A DNA stretch of 64,000 nucleotides, taken from the NCBI RefSeq assembly GCF_009914755.1, contig NC_060925.1. One strand, written 5' to 3'. The notes under the pieces are model-generated. The model was given only the letters and a program-made list of their open reading frames with translations, was not told the DNA's origin and did not search any database. Source of the DNA: the human T2T-CHM13v2.0 reference genome, Homo sapiens. Position numbers and translations under genes: made by a program. Shown here piece by piece: positions 1 through 11,200 of the stretch (positions within the stretch are counted from its first letter, which is position 1; each line of letters starts with the position of its first letter).

Positions 1-3000
1 CCTTGTGTTGTGTTTATTCAACTCACAGAGTTGAATGATCCTTTACACAGAGCAGACTTGAAACACTCTTTTTGTGGAATTTGCAAGTGGACATTTCAGC
101 CGCTTTGAGGTCAATGGTAGAAAAGTAAATATCTTCGTATAAAGACTACACAGAATGATTCTCAGAAACTCCTTTGTGATGTGTGCGTTCAACTCACAGA
201 GTTTAACCTTTCTGTTCATAGAGCAGTTAGGAAACACTCTGTTTGTAAAGTCTGCAAGTGGATATTCAGACCTCCTTGAGGCCTTTGTTGGAAACGGGAT
301 TTCTTCATATTCTGCTAGACAGAAGAATTCTCAGTAACTTCCTTGTGTTGTGTGTATTCAACTCACAGAGTTGAACGATCCTTTACACAGAGCAGACTTG
401 AAACACTCTTTTTGTGGAATTTGCAAGTGGAGATTTCAGCCGCTTTGAGGTCAATGGTAGAAAAGGAAATATCTTCGTATAAAGACTAGACAGAATGATT
501 CTCAGAAACTCCTTTGTGATGCGTGCGTTCAACTCACAGAGTTTAACTTTTCTTTTCATAGAGCAGTTAGGAAACACTCTGTTTGTAAAGTCTGCAAGTG
601 GATATTCAGACCTCTTTGAGGCCTTCGTTGGAAACGGGATTTCTTCATATTATGCGAGACAGAAGAATTCTCAGTAACTTCCTTGTGTTGTGTGTATTCA
701 ACTCACAGAGTTGAACGATCCTTTACACAGAGCAGACTTGAAACACTCTTTTTGTGGAATTTGCAAGTGGAGATTTCAGCCGCTTTGAGGTCAATGGTAG
801 AATAGGAAATATCTTCCTATAGAAACTAGACAGAATGATTCTCAGAAACTCCTTTGTGATGTGTGCGTTCAACTCACAGAGTTTAACCTTTCTTTTCATA
901 GAGCAGTTAGGAAACACTCTGTTTGTAAAGTCTGCAAGTGGATATTCAGACCTCTTTGAGGCCTTCGTTGGAAACGGGATTTCTTCATATTCTGCTAGAC
1001 AGAAGAATTCTCAGTAACTTCCTTGTGTTGTGTGTATTCAACTCACAGAGTTGAACGATCCTTTACACAGAGCAGACTTGAAACACTCTTTTTGTGGAAT
1101 TTGCAATTGGAGATTTCAGCCGCTTTGAGGTCAATAGTAGAAAAGGAAATATCTTCGTAGAAAAACTAGACAGAATGATTCTCAGAAACTCCTTTGTGAT
1201 GTGTGTGTTCAACTCACAGAGTTTAACCTTTGTTTTCATAGAGCAGTTAGTAAACACTCTGTTTATAAAGTCTGCAAGTGGATATTCAGACCCCTTTGAG
1301 GCCTTCGTTGGAAACGGGATTTCTTCATATTATGCTAGACCGAAGAATTCTCAGTAACTTCCTTGTGTTGTGTGTATTCAACTGACAGAGTTGAACTATC
1401 ATTTAGAGAGAGCAGATTTGAAACACTGTTTTTGTGGAATTTGCAAGTGGAGATTTCAAGCGCTTTGGGGCCAAAGGCAGAAAAGGAAATATCTTCGTAA
1501 AAAACTAGACAGAATCATTCTCAGAAACTGCTGCGTGATGTGTGCGTTCAACTCTCAGAGTTTAACTTTTCTTTTCATTCAGCGGTTTGGAAATACTGTG
1601 TTTGTAAAGTCTGCACGTGCATATTTTGACCACTAAGAGGCCTTCGTTGGAAACGGGTTTTTTTCATGTAAGGCTAGACAGAAGAATTCCCAGTAACTTC
1701 CTTGTGTTGTGTGCATTCAACTCACAGAGTTGAACGTTCCCTTAGACAGAGCAGATTTGAAACACTCTATTTGTGCAATTTGCAAGTGTAGATTTCAAGC
1801 GCTTTAAGGTCAACGGCAGAAAAGGAAATATCTTCGTTTCAAAACTAGACAGAATCATTCCCACAAACTGCGTTGTGATGTGTTCGTTCAACTCACAGAG
1901 TTTAACCTTTCTGTTCATAGAGCAGTTAGGAAACACTCTGTTTGTAAAGTCTGTAAGTGGATATTCTGACATCTTGTGGCCTTCGTTGGAAACGGGATTT
2001 CTTCATATTCTGCTAGACAGAAGAATTCTCAGTAACTTCCTTGTGTTGTGTGTATTCAACTCACAGAGTTGAACGATCCTTTACACAGAGCAGACTTGAA
2101 ACACTCTTTTTGTGGAATTTGCAAGTGGAGATTTCAGCCGCTTTGAGGTCAATGGTAGAAAAGGAAACTATCTTCATATAAAGACTAGACAGAATGATTC
2201 TCAGAAAATCTTTTGTGATGTGTGCGTTCAACTCACAGAGTTTAACTTTTCTTCTCATAGAGCAGTTAGGAAACACTCTGTTTGTAAAGTCTGCAAGTGG
2301 ATATTCAGACCTCTTTGAGGCCTTCGTTGGAAACGGGATTTCTTCATATTCTGCTAGACAGAATAATTCTCAGTAACTTCCTTGTGTTGTGTGTATTCAA
2401 CTCACAGAGTTGAACGATCCTTTACACAGAGCAGACTTGAAACATTCTTTTTGTGGAATTTGCTAGTGGAGATTTCAGCCGCTTTGAGGTCAATGGTAGA
2501 ATAGGAAATATCTTCCTATAGAAACTAGACAGAACGATTCTCAGAAACTCCTTTGTGATGTGTGCGTTCAACTCAGAGTTTAACCTTTCTTTTCATAGAG
2601 CAGTTAGGAAACACTCTGTTTGTAAAGTCTGCAAGTGGATATTCAGACCTCTTTGAGGCCTTCGTTGGAAACGGGATTTCTTCCTATTCTGCTAGACAGA
2701 AGAATTCTCAGTAACTTCCTTGTGTTGTGTGTATTCAACTCACAGAGTTGAACGATCCTTTACACAGAGCAGACTTGAAACACTCTTTTTGTGGAATTTG
2801 CAAGTGGAGATTTCAGCCGCTTTGAGGTCAATAGTAGAAAAGGAAATATCTTCGTAGAAAAACTAGGCAGAATGATTCTCAGAAACTCCTTTCTGATGTG
2901 TGTGTTCAACTCACAGAGTTTAACCTTTCTTTTCATAGAGCAGTTAGTAAACACTCTGTTTATAAAGTCTGCAAGTGGATATTCAGACCCCTTTGAGGCC

Positions 3001-6000
3001 TTCGTTGGAAACGGGATTTCTTCATATTATGCTAGACAGAAGAATTCTCAGTAACTTCCTTGTGTTGTGTGTATTCAACTGACAGAGTTGAACTTTCATT
3101 TAGAGAGAGCAGATTTGAAACACTGTTTTTGTGGAATTTGCAAGTGGAGATTTCAAGCGCTTTGGGGCCAAAGGCAGAAAAGGAAATATCTTCGTATAAA
3201 AACTAGACAGAATCATTCTCAGAAACTGCTGCGTGATGTGTGCGTTCAACTCTCAGAGTTTAACTTTTCTTTTCATTCAGCGGTTTGGAAACACTCTGTT
3301 TGTAAAGTCTGCACGTGGATATTTTGACCACTTAGAGGCCTTCGTTGGAAACGGGTTTTTTTCATGTAAGGCTAGACAGAAGAATTCCCAGTAACTTCCT
3401 TGTGTTGTGTGCATTCAACTCACAGAGTTGAACGTTCCCTTAGACAGAGCAGATTTGAAACACTCTGTGCAATTTGCAAGTGTAGATTTCAAGCGCTTTA
3501 AGGTCAACGGCAGAAAAGGAAATATCTTCGTTTCAAAACTAGACAGAATCATTCCCACAAACTGCGTTGTGATGTGTTCGTTCAACTCACAGAGTTTAAC
3601 CTTTCTGTTCATAGAGCAGTTAGGAAACACTCTGTTTGTAAAGTCTGTAAGTGGATATTCTGACATCTTGTGGCCTTCGTTGGAAACGGGATTTCTTCAT
3701 ATTCTGCTAGACAGAAGAATTCTCAGTAACTTCCTTGTGTTGTGTGTATTCAACTCACAGAGTTGAACGATCCTTTACACAGAGCAGACTTGAAACACTC
3801 TTTTTGTGGAATTTGCAAGTGGAGATTTCAGCCGCTTTGAGGTCAATGGTAGAAAAGGAAATATCTTCGTATAAAGACTAGACAGAATGATTCTCATAAA
3901 CTCCTTTGTGATGTGTGCGTTCAACTCACAGAGTTTAACTTTTCTTTTCATAGAGCAGTTAGGAAACACTCTGTTTGTAAAGTCTGCAAGTGGATATTCA
4001 GACCTCTTTGAGGCCTTCGTTGGAAACGGGATTTCTTCATATTGTGCTAGACAGAATAATTCTCAGTAACTTCCTTGTGTTGTGTGTATTCAACTCACAG
4101 AGTTGAACGATCCTTTACACAGAGCAGACTTGAAACACTCTTTTTGTGGAATTTGCAAGTGGAGATTTCAGCCGCTTTGAGGTCAATAGTAGAAAAGGAA
4201 ATATCTTCGTAGAAAAACTAGACAGAATGATTCTCAGAAACTCCTTTGTGATGTGTGTGTTCAACTCACAGAGTTTAACCTTTCTTTTCATAGAGCAGTT
4301 AGTAAACACTCTGTTTATAAAGTCTGCAAGTGGATATTCAGACCCCTTTGAGGCCTTCGTTGGAAACGGGATTTCTTCATATTATGCTAGACAGAAGAAT
4401 TCTCAGTAACTTCCTTGTGTTGTGTGTATTCAACTGACAGAGTTGAACTTTCATTTAGAGAGAGCAGATTTGAAACTCTGTTTTTGTGGAATTTGCAAGT
4501 GGAGATTTCAAGCGCTTTGGGGCCAAAGGCAGAAAAGGAAATATCTTCGTATAAAAACTAGACAGAATCATTCTCAGAAACTGCTGCGTGATGTGTGCGT
4601 TCAACTCTCAGAGTTTAACTTTTCTTTTCATTCAGCGGTTTGGAAACACTCTGTTTGTAAAGTCTGCACGTGGATATTTTGACCACTTAGAGGCCTTCGT
4701 TGGAAACGGGTTTTTTTCATGTAAGGCTAGACAGAAGAATTCCCAGTAACTTCCTTGTGTTGTGTGCATTCAACTCACAGAGTTGAACGTTCCCTTAGAC
4801 AGAGCAGATTTGAAACACTCTATTTGTGCAATTTGCAAGTGTAGATTTCAAGCGCTTTAAGGTCAACGGCAGAAAAGGAAATATCTTCGTTTCAAAACTA
4901 GACAGAATCATTCCCACAAACTGCGTTGTGATGGGTTCGTTCAACTCACAGAGTTTAACCTTTCTGTTCATAGAGCAGTTAGGAAACACTCTGTTTGTAA
5001 AGTCTGTAAGTGGATATTCTGACATCTTGTGGCCTTCGTTGGAAAAGGGATTTCTTCCTATTCTGCTAGACAGAAGAATTCTCAGTAACTTCCTTGTGTT
5101 GTGTGTATTCAACTCACAGAGTTGAACGATCCTTTACACAGAGCAGACTTGAAACACTCTTTTTGTGGAATTTGCAAGTGGAGATTTCAGCCGCTTTGAG
5201 GTCAATGGTAGAAAAGGAAACTATCTTCATATAAAGACTAGACAGAATGATTCTCAGAAAATCTTTTGTGATGTGTGCGTTCAACTCACAGAGTTTAACT
5301 TTTCTTCTCATAGAGCAGTTAGGAAACACTCTGTTTGTAAAGTCTGCAAGTGGATATTCAGACCTCTTTGAGGTCTTCGTTGGAAACGGGATTTCTTCAT
5401 ATTATGCTAGACAGAATAATTCTCAGTAACTTCCTTGTGTTGTGTGTATTCAACTCACAGAGTTGAAGGATCCTTTACAGAGAGCAGGCTTGAAACACTC
5501 TTTTTGTCGAATTTGCAAGTGGAGATTTCAGCCGCTTTGAGGTCAATGGTAGAATTGGAAATATCTTCTTATAGAAACTAGACAGAATGATTCTCAGAAA
5601 CTCCTTTGTGATGTGTGCGTTCAACTAACAGAGTTTAACCTTTCTGTTCATAGAGCAGTTAGGAAACACTCTGTTTGTAAAGTCTGCAAGTGGATATTCA
5701 GACCTCCTTGAGGCCTTCGTTGGAAACGGGATTTCTTCATATTCTGCTAGACAGAAGAATTCTCAGTAACTTCCTTGTGTTGTGTGTATTCAACTCACAG
5801 AGTTGAACGATCCTTTACACAGAGCAGACTTGAAACACTCTTTTTGTGGAATTTGCAAGTGGAGATTTCAGCCGCTTTGAGGTCAATGGTAGAAAAGGAA
5901 ATATCTTCCTATAGAAACTAGACAGAATGATTCTCAGAAACTCCTTTGTGATGTGTGCGTTCAACTCACAGAGTTTAACCTTTCTTTTCATAGAGCATTT

Positions 6001-6394
6001 AGGAAACACTCTGTTTGTAAAGTCTGCAAGTGGATATTCAGACCTCTTTGAGGCCTTCGTTGGAAACGGGATTTCTTCCTATTCTGCTAGACAGAAGAAT
6101 TCTCAGTAACTTCCTTGTGTTGTGTGTATTCAACTCACAGAGTTGAACGATCCTTTACACAGAGCAGACTTGAAACACTCTTTTTGTGGAATTTGCAAGT
6201 GGAGATTTCAGCCGCTTTGAGGTCAATAGTAGAAAAGGAAATATCTTCGTAGAAAAACTAGACCGAATGATTCTGAGAAACTCCTTTGTGATGTGTGTGT
6301 TCAACTCACAGAGTTTAACCTTTCTTTTCATAGAGCAGTTAGTAAACACTCTGTTTATAAAGTCTGCAAGTGGATATTCAGAGCCCTTTGAGGC

Positions 6395-6411
6395 CTTCGT
6401 TGGAAACGGGA
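6395..6411 (+). other. CENP-B box (last forward-oriented box; representative of the ~340-bp-spaced boxes in 1-6517)
   Basis: cttcgttggaaacggga matches the 17-bp CENP-B box with an intact TTCG....A..CGGG core. Confidence 0.95.
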
Positions 6412-6468
6412 TTTCTTCATATTATGCTAGACAGAAGAATTCTCAGTAACTTCCTTGTGTTGTGTGTA

Positions 6469-6487
6469 TTCAACTCACAGAGTTGAA
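6469..6487. repeat. Short dyad ttcaactc-aca-gagttgaa (8-bp arms, 3-nt loop), representative of one copy in most dimers
   Basis: It is visible directly in the sequence. The partner monomer carries a one-mismatch version (gttcaactcacagagtttaac). Confidence 0.85.
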
Positions 6488-6510
6488 CGATCCTTTACAC
6501 AGAGCAGACT

Positions 6511-6530
6511 TGAAACAGATATTTCCTATT
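6511..6530. other. Inversion breakpoint (strand switch) within the alpha-satellite array
   Basis: The sequence is ...agagcagacttgaaac[a]gatatttcctattctaccattg... The forward monomer should continue ctctttttg, and the reverse monomer should be preceded by ...gga. The single A at 6517 fits both, and there are no inserted bases. Confidence 0.95.
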
Positions 6531-6691
6531 CTACCATTGACCTCAAAGCGGCTGAAATCTCCACTTGCAAATTCCACAAAAAGAGTGTTTCAAGTCTGCT
6601 CTGTGTAAAGGATCGTTCAACTCTGTGAGTTGAATACACACAACACAAGGAAGTTACTGAGAATTCTTCTGTCTAGCAGAATACGAAGAAA

Positions 6692-6708
6692 TCCCGTTTC
6701 CAACGAAG
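6692..6708 (-). other. CENP-B box (first reverse-oriented box; representative of the ~340-bp-spaced boxes in 6518-64000)
   Basis: tcccgtttccaacgaag is the reverse complement of the canonical CENP-B box. Confidence 0.95.
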
Positions 6709-6710
6709 GC

Positions 6711-7310
6711 CACAAGATGTCAGAATATGCACTTACAGACTTTACAAACAGAGTGTTTCCTAACTGCTCTATGAACAGAAAGGTTAAACTCTGTGAGTTG
6801 AACGAACACATCACAACGCAGTTTGTGGGAATGATTCTGTGTAGTTTTGAAACGAAGATATTTCCTTTTCTGCCATTGACCTTAAAGCGCTTGAAATCTA
6901 CACTTGCAAATTGCAGAAATAGAGTGTTTCAAATCTGCTCTGTCTAAGGGAACGTTCAACTCTGTGAGTTGAATGCACACAACACAAGGAAGTTACTGGG
7001 AATTCTTCTGTCTAGCCTTACATGAAAAAAACCCGTTTCCAACGAAGGCCTCTAAGTGGTCAAAATATCCACGTGCAGACTTTACAAACAGAGTGTTTCC
7101 AAACCGCTGAATGAAAAGAAAAGTTAAACTCTGAGAGTTGAACGCACACATCACGCAGCAGTTTATGAGAATGATTCTGTCTAGTTTTTATACGAAGATA
7201 TTTCCTTTTCTGCCTTTGGCCCCAAAGCGCTTGAAATCTCCACTTGCAAATTCCACAAAAACAGTGTTTCAAATCTGCTCTCTCTAAATGAAAGTTCAAC
7301 TCTGTCAGTT
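6711..7310 (-). repeat. Divergent 4-monomer HOR cassette (representative copy; about 27 full copies plus one half copy in the window)
   Basis: Diagnostic motifs are ggccacaagatgtc, cttaaagcgcttgaaatctacac, tctaagggaacg, tagccttacatgaaaaaaacccg, ccaaaccgctgaatg, ggccccaaagcgc and ctaaatgaaagttc. All are absent from the common dimer. Confidence 0.88.
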
Positions 7311-8299
7311 GAATACACACAACACAAGGAAGTTACTGAGAATTCTTCTGTCTAGCACAATGTGAAGAAATCCCGTTTCCAACGAAGGCCTCAAGGGGTC
7401 TGAATATCCACTTGCAGACTTTATAAACAGAGTGTTTACTAACTGCTCTATGAAAAGAAAGGTTAAACTCTGTGAGTTGAACACACACATCACAAAGGAG
7501 TTTCTGAGAATCATTCTGTCTAGTTTTTCTACGAAGATATTTCCTTTTCTACTATTGACCTCAAAGCGGCTGAAATCTCCACCTGCAAATTCCACAAAAA
7601 GAGTGTTTCAAGTCTGCTCTGTGTAAAGGATCGTTCAACTCTGTGAGTTGAATACACACAACACAAGGAAGTTACTGAGAATTCTTCTGTCTAGCAGAAT
7701 ATGAAGAAATCCCGTTTCCAACGAAGGCCTCAAAGAGGTCTGAATATCCACTTGCAGACTTTACAAACAGAGTGTTTCCTAACTGCTCTATGAAAAGAAA
7801 GGTTAAACTCTGTGAGTTGAAGGCACACATCACAAAGGAGTTTCTGAGAATCATTCTGTCTAGTTTCTATAAGAAGATATTTCCTATTCTACCATTGACC
7901 TCAAAGCGGCTGAAATCTCCACTTGCAAATTCCACGAAAAGTGTGTTTCAAGTCTGCTCTCTGTAAAGGATCGTTCAACTCTGTGAGTTGAATACACACA
8001 ACACAAGGAAGTTACTGAGAATTCTTCTGTCTAGCAGAATATGAAGAAATCCCGTTTCCAACGAAGGTCTCAAGGAGGTCTGAATATCCACTTGCAGACT
8101 TTACAAACAGAGTGTTTCCTAACTGCTCTATGAACAGAAAGGTTAAACTCTGTGAGTTGAACGCACACATCACAAAGGAGTTTATGAGAATCATTCTGTC
8201 TAGTTTCTATAGGAAGACATTTCCTATTCTACCATTGAGCCCAAAGCGGCTGAAATCTCCACTTGCAAATTCCACAAAAAGAGTGTTTCAAGTCTGCTC

Positions 8300-11200
8300 T
8301 GTGTAAAGGATCGTTCAACTCTGTGAGTTGAATACACACAACACAAGGAAGTTACTGAGAATTCTTCTGTCTAGCAGAATATGAAGAAATCCCGTTTCCA
8401 ACGAAGGCCTCAAGGAGGTCTGAATATCCACTTGCAGACTTTACAAACAGAGTGCTTCCTAACTGCTCTATGAGAAGAAAGGTTAAACTCTGTGAGTTGA
8501 ACACACACATCACAAAGGAGTTTCTGAGAATCATTCTGTCTAGTCTTTATACGAAGATATTTTCTTTTCTACCATTGACCTCAAAGCGGCTGAAATCTCC
8601 ACTTGCAAATTCCACAAAAAGAGTGTTTCAAGTCTGCTCTGTGTAAAGGATCGTTCAACTCTGTGAGTTGAATACACACAACACAAGGAAGTTACTGAGA
8701 ATTCTTCTGTCTAGCAGAATATGAAGAAATCCCGTTTCCAACGAAGGCCTCAAAGAGGTCTGAATATTCACTTGCAGACTTTACAAACAGAGTGTTTCCT
8801 AACTGATCTATGAAAAGAAAGGTTAAACTCTGTGAGTTGAACGCACACATCACAAAGGAGTTTCTGAGAATCATTCTGTCTAGTTTCTATAGGAAGATAT
8901 TTCCTATTCTACCATTGACCTCAAAGCGGCTGAAATCTCCACTTGCAAATTCCACAAAAAGAGTGTTTCAAGTCTGCTCTGTGTAAAGGATCGTTCAACT
9001 CTGTGAGTTGAATACACACAACACAAGGAAGTTACTGAGAATTCTTCTGTCTAGCAGAATATGAAGAAATCCCGTTTCCAACGAAGGCCACAAGATGTCA
9101 GAATATCCACTTACAGACTTTACAAACAGAGTGTTTCCTAACTGCTCTATGAACAGAAAGGTTAAACTCTGTGAGTTGAACGAACACATCACAACGCAGT
9201 TTGTGGGAATGATTCTGTCTAGTTTTGAAACGAAGATATTTCCTTTTCTGCCATTGACCTTAAAGCGCTTGAAATCTACACATGCAAATTGCACAAATAG
9301 AGTGTTTCAAATCTGCTCTGTCTAAGGGAACGTTCAACTCTGTGAGTTGAATGCACACAACACAAGGAAGTTACTGGGAATTCTTCTGTCTAGCCTTACA
9401 TGAAAAAAACCCGTTTCCAACGAAGGCCTCTAAGTTGTCAAAATATCCACGTGCAGACTTTACAAACAGAGTGTTTCCAAACCGCTGAATGAAAAGAAAA
9501 GTTAAACTCTGAGAGTTGAACGCACACATCACGCAGCAGTTTCTGAGAATGATTCTGTCTAGTTTTTCTACGAAGATATTTCCTTTTCTGCCTTTGGCCC
9601 CAAAGCGCTTGAAATCTCCACTTGCAAATTCCACAAAAACAGTGTTTCAAATCTGCTCTCTCTAAATGAAAGTTCAACTCTGTCAGTTGAATACACACAA
9701 CACAAGGAAGTTACTGAGAATTCTTCTGTCTAGCATAATATGAAGAAATCCCGTTTTCAACGAAGGCCTCAAAGGGGTCTGAATATCCACTTGCAGACTT
9801 TATAAACAGAGTGTTTACTAACTGCTCTATGAAAAGAAAGGTTAAACTCTGTGAGTTGAACACACACATCACAAAGGAGTTTCTGAGAATCATTCTGTCT
9901 AGTTTTTCTACGAAGATATTTCCTTTTCTACTATTGACCTCAAAGCGGCTGAAATCTCCACTTGCAAATTCCACAAAAAGAGTGTTTCAAGACTGCTCTG
10001 TGTAAAGGATCGTTCAAATCTGTGAGTTGAATACACACAACACAAGGAAGTTACTGAGAATTCTTCTGTCTAGCAGAATATGAAGAAATCCCGTTTCCAA
10101 CGAAGGCCTCAAAGAGGTCTGAATATCCACTTGCACACTTTACAAACAGAGTGTTTCCTAACTGCTCTATGAAAAGAAAGGTTAAACTCTGTGGGTTGAA
10201 CGCACACATCACAAAGGAGTTTATGAGAATCATTCTGTCTAGTTTCTATAGGAAGATATATCCTATTTTACCATTGACCTCAAAGCGGCTGAAATCTCCA
10301 CTTGCAAATTCCACAAAAAGAGTGTTTCAAGTCTGCTCTGTGTAAAGGATCGTTCAACTCTGTGAGTTGAATACACACAACACAAGGAAGTTACTGAGAA
10401 TTCTTCTGTCTAGCAGAATATGAAGAAATCCCGTTTCCAACGAAGGCCACAAGATGTCAGAATATGCACTTACAGACTTTACAAACAGAGTGTTTCCTAA
10501 CTGCTCTATGAACAGAAAGGTTAAACTCTGTGAGTTGAACGAACACATCACAACGCAGTTTGTGGGAATGATTCTGTCTAGTTTTGAAACGAAGATATTT
10601 CCTTTTCTGCCATTGACCTTAAAGCGCTTGAAATCTACACTTGCAAATTGCAGAAATAGAGTGTTTCAAATCTGCTCTGTCTAAGGGAACGTTCAACTCT
10701 GTGAGTTGAATGCACACAACACAAGGAAGTTACTGGGAATTCTTCTGTCTAGCCTTACATGAAAAAAACCCGTTTCCAACGAAGGCCTCTAAGTGGTCAA
10801 AATATCCACGTGCAGACTTTACAAACAGAGTGTTTCCAAACCGCTGAATGAAAAGAAAAGTTAAACTCTGAGAGTTGAACGCACACATCACTCAGCAGTT
10901 TATGAGAATGATTCTGTCTAGTTTTTATACGAAGATATTTCCTTTTCTGCCTTTGGCCCCAAAGCGCTTGAAATCTCCACTTGCAAATTCCACAAAAACA
11001 GTGTTTCAAATCTGCTCTCTCTAAATGAAAGTTCAACTCTGTCAGTTGAATACACACAACACAAGGAAGTTACTGAGAATTCTTCTGTCTAGCAGAATAT
11101 GAAGAAATCCCGTTTCCAACGAAGGCCTCAAGGGGTCTGAATATCCACTTGCAGACTTTATAAACAGAGTGTTTACTAACTGCTCTATGAAAAGAAAGGT

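Larger units (their letters stand above)
1..6517 (+). repeat. Alpha-satellite HOR array, forward orientation (SF1 dimeric type; likely D1Z7/D5Z2/D19Z3 family)
   Basis: There is a 340-bp period (e.g. ccttgtgttg at 1, 341, 681, 1021) built from two ~170-bp monomers. One carries the CENP-B box cttcgttggaaacggga, the other the A-box-like caatggtagaaaaggaaa. EcoRI gaattc occurs about once per dimer. The family assignment comes from recognising the sequence, not from a database search. Confidence 0.97.
6425..6678. repeat. Perfect inverted repeat: 93-bp arms (6425-6517 / 6586-6678) with a 68-nt spacer
   Basis: I compared the arms base by base as reverse complements. The match extends to 6392-6517 / 6586-6711 with two mismatches (6679, 6684). 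Confidence 0.9.
6518..10254 (-). repeat. 3,737-bp (22-monomer) variant of the 5,437-bp super-repeat adjoining the breakpoint
   Basis: 6518-~8370 matches 10255-~12107 at offset 3737 (ORF pairs 6617/10354, 7060/10797, 7305/11042, 7672/11409, 8012/11749). Shared variants are aatatgcac, ttgcagaaat, gtttatgagaatg, the 1-bp deletion cctcaagggg, gttgaaggcac, aaggtctcaagg, ggaagacat and attgagccc. Confidence 0.82.

Noticed and set aside
6505-6590. Transposon insertion, target-site duplication or recombinase site at the junction
   Set aside because: Every base is accounted for by forward or reverse alpha satellite. There is no Alu/L1 sequence, poly-A tail or non-templated insert.
9750-9770. CENP-B box variant ccgttttcaacg as a loss-of-binding allele
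   Set aside because: The change lies outside the nine essential core positions, so the box is likely still functional. The same applies to the ccatcgaag and ttcaaacgaag variants.
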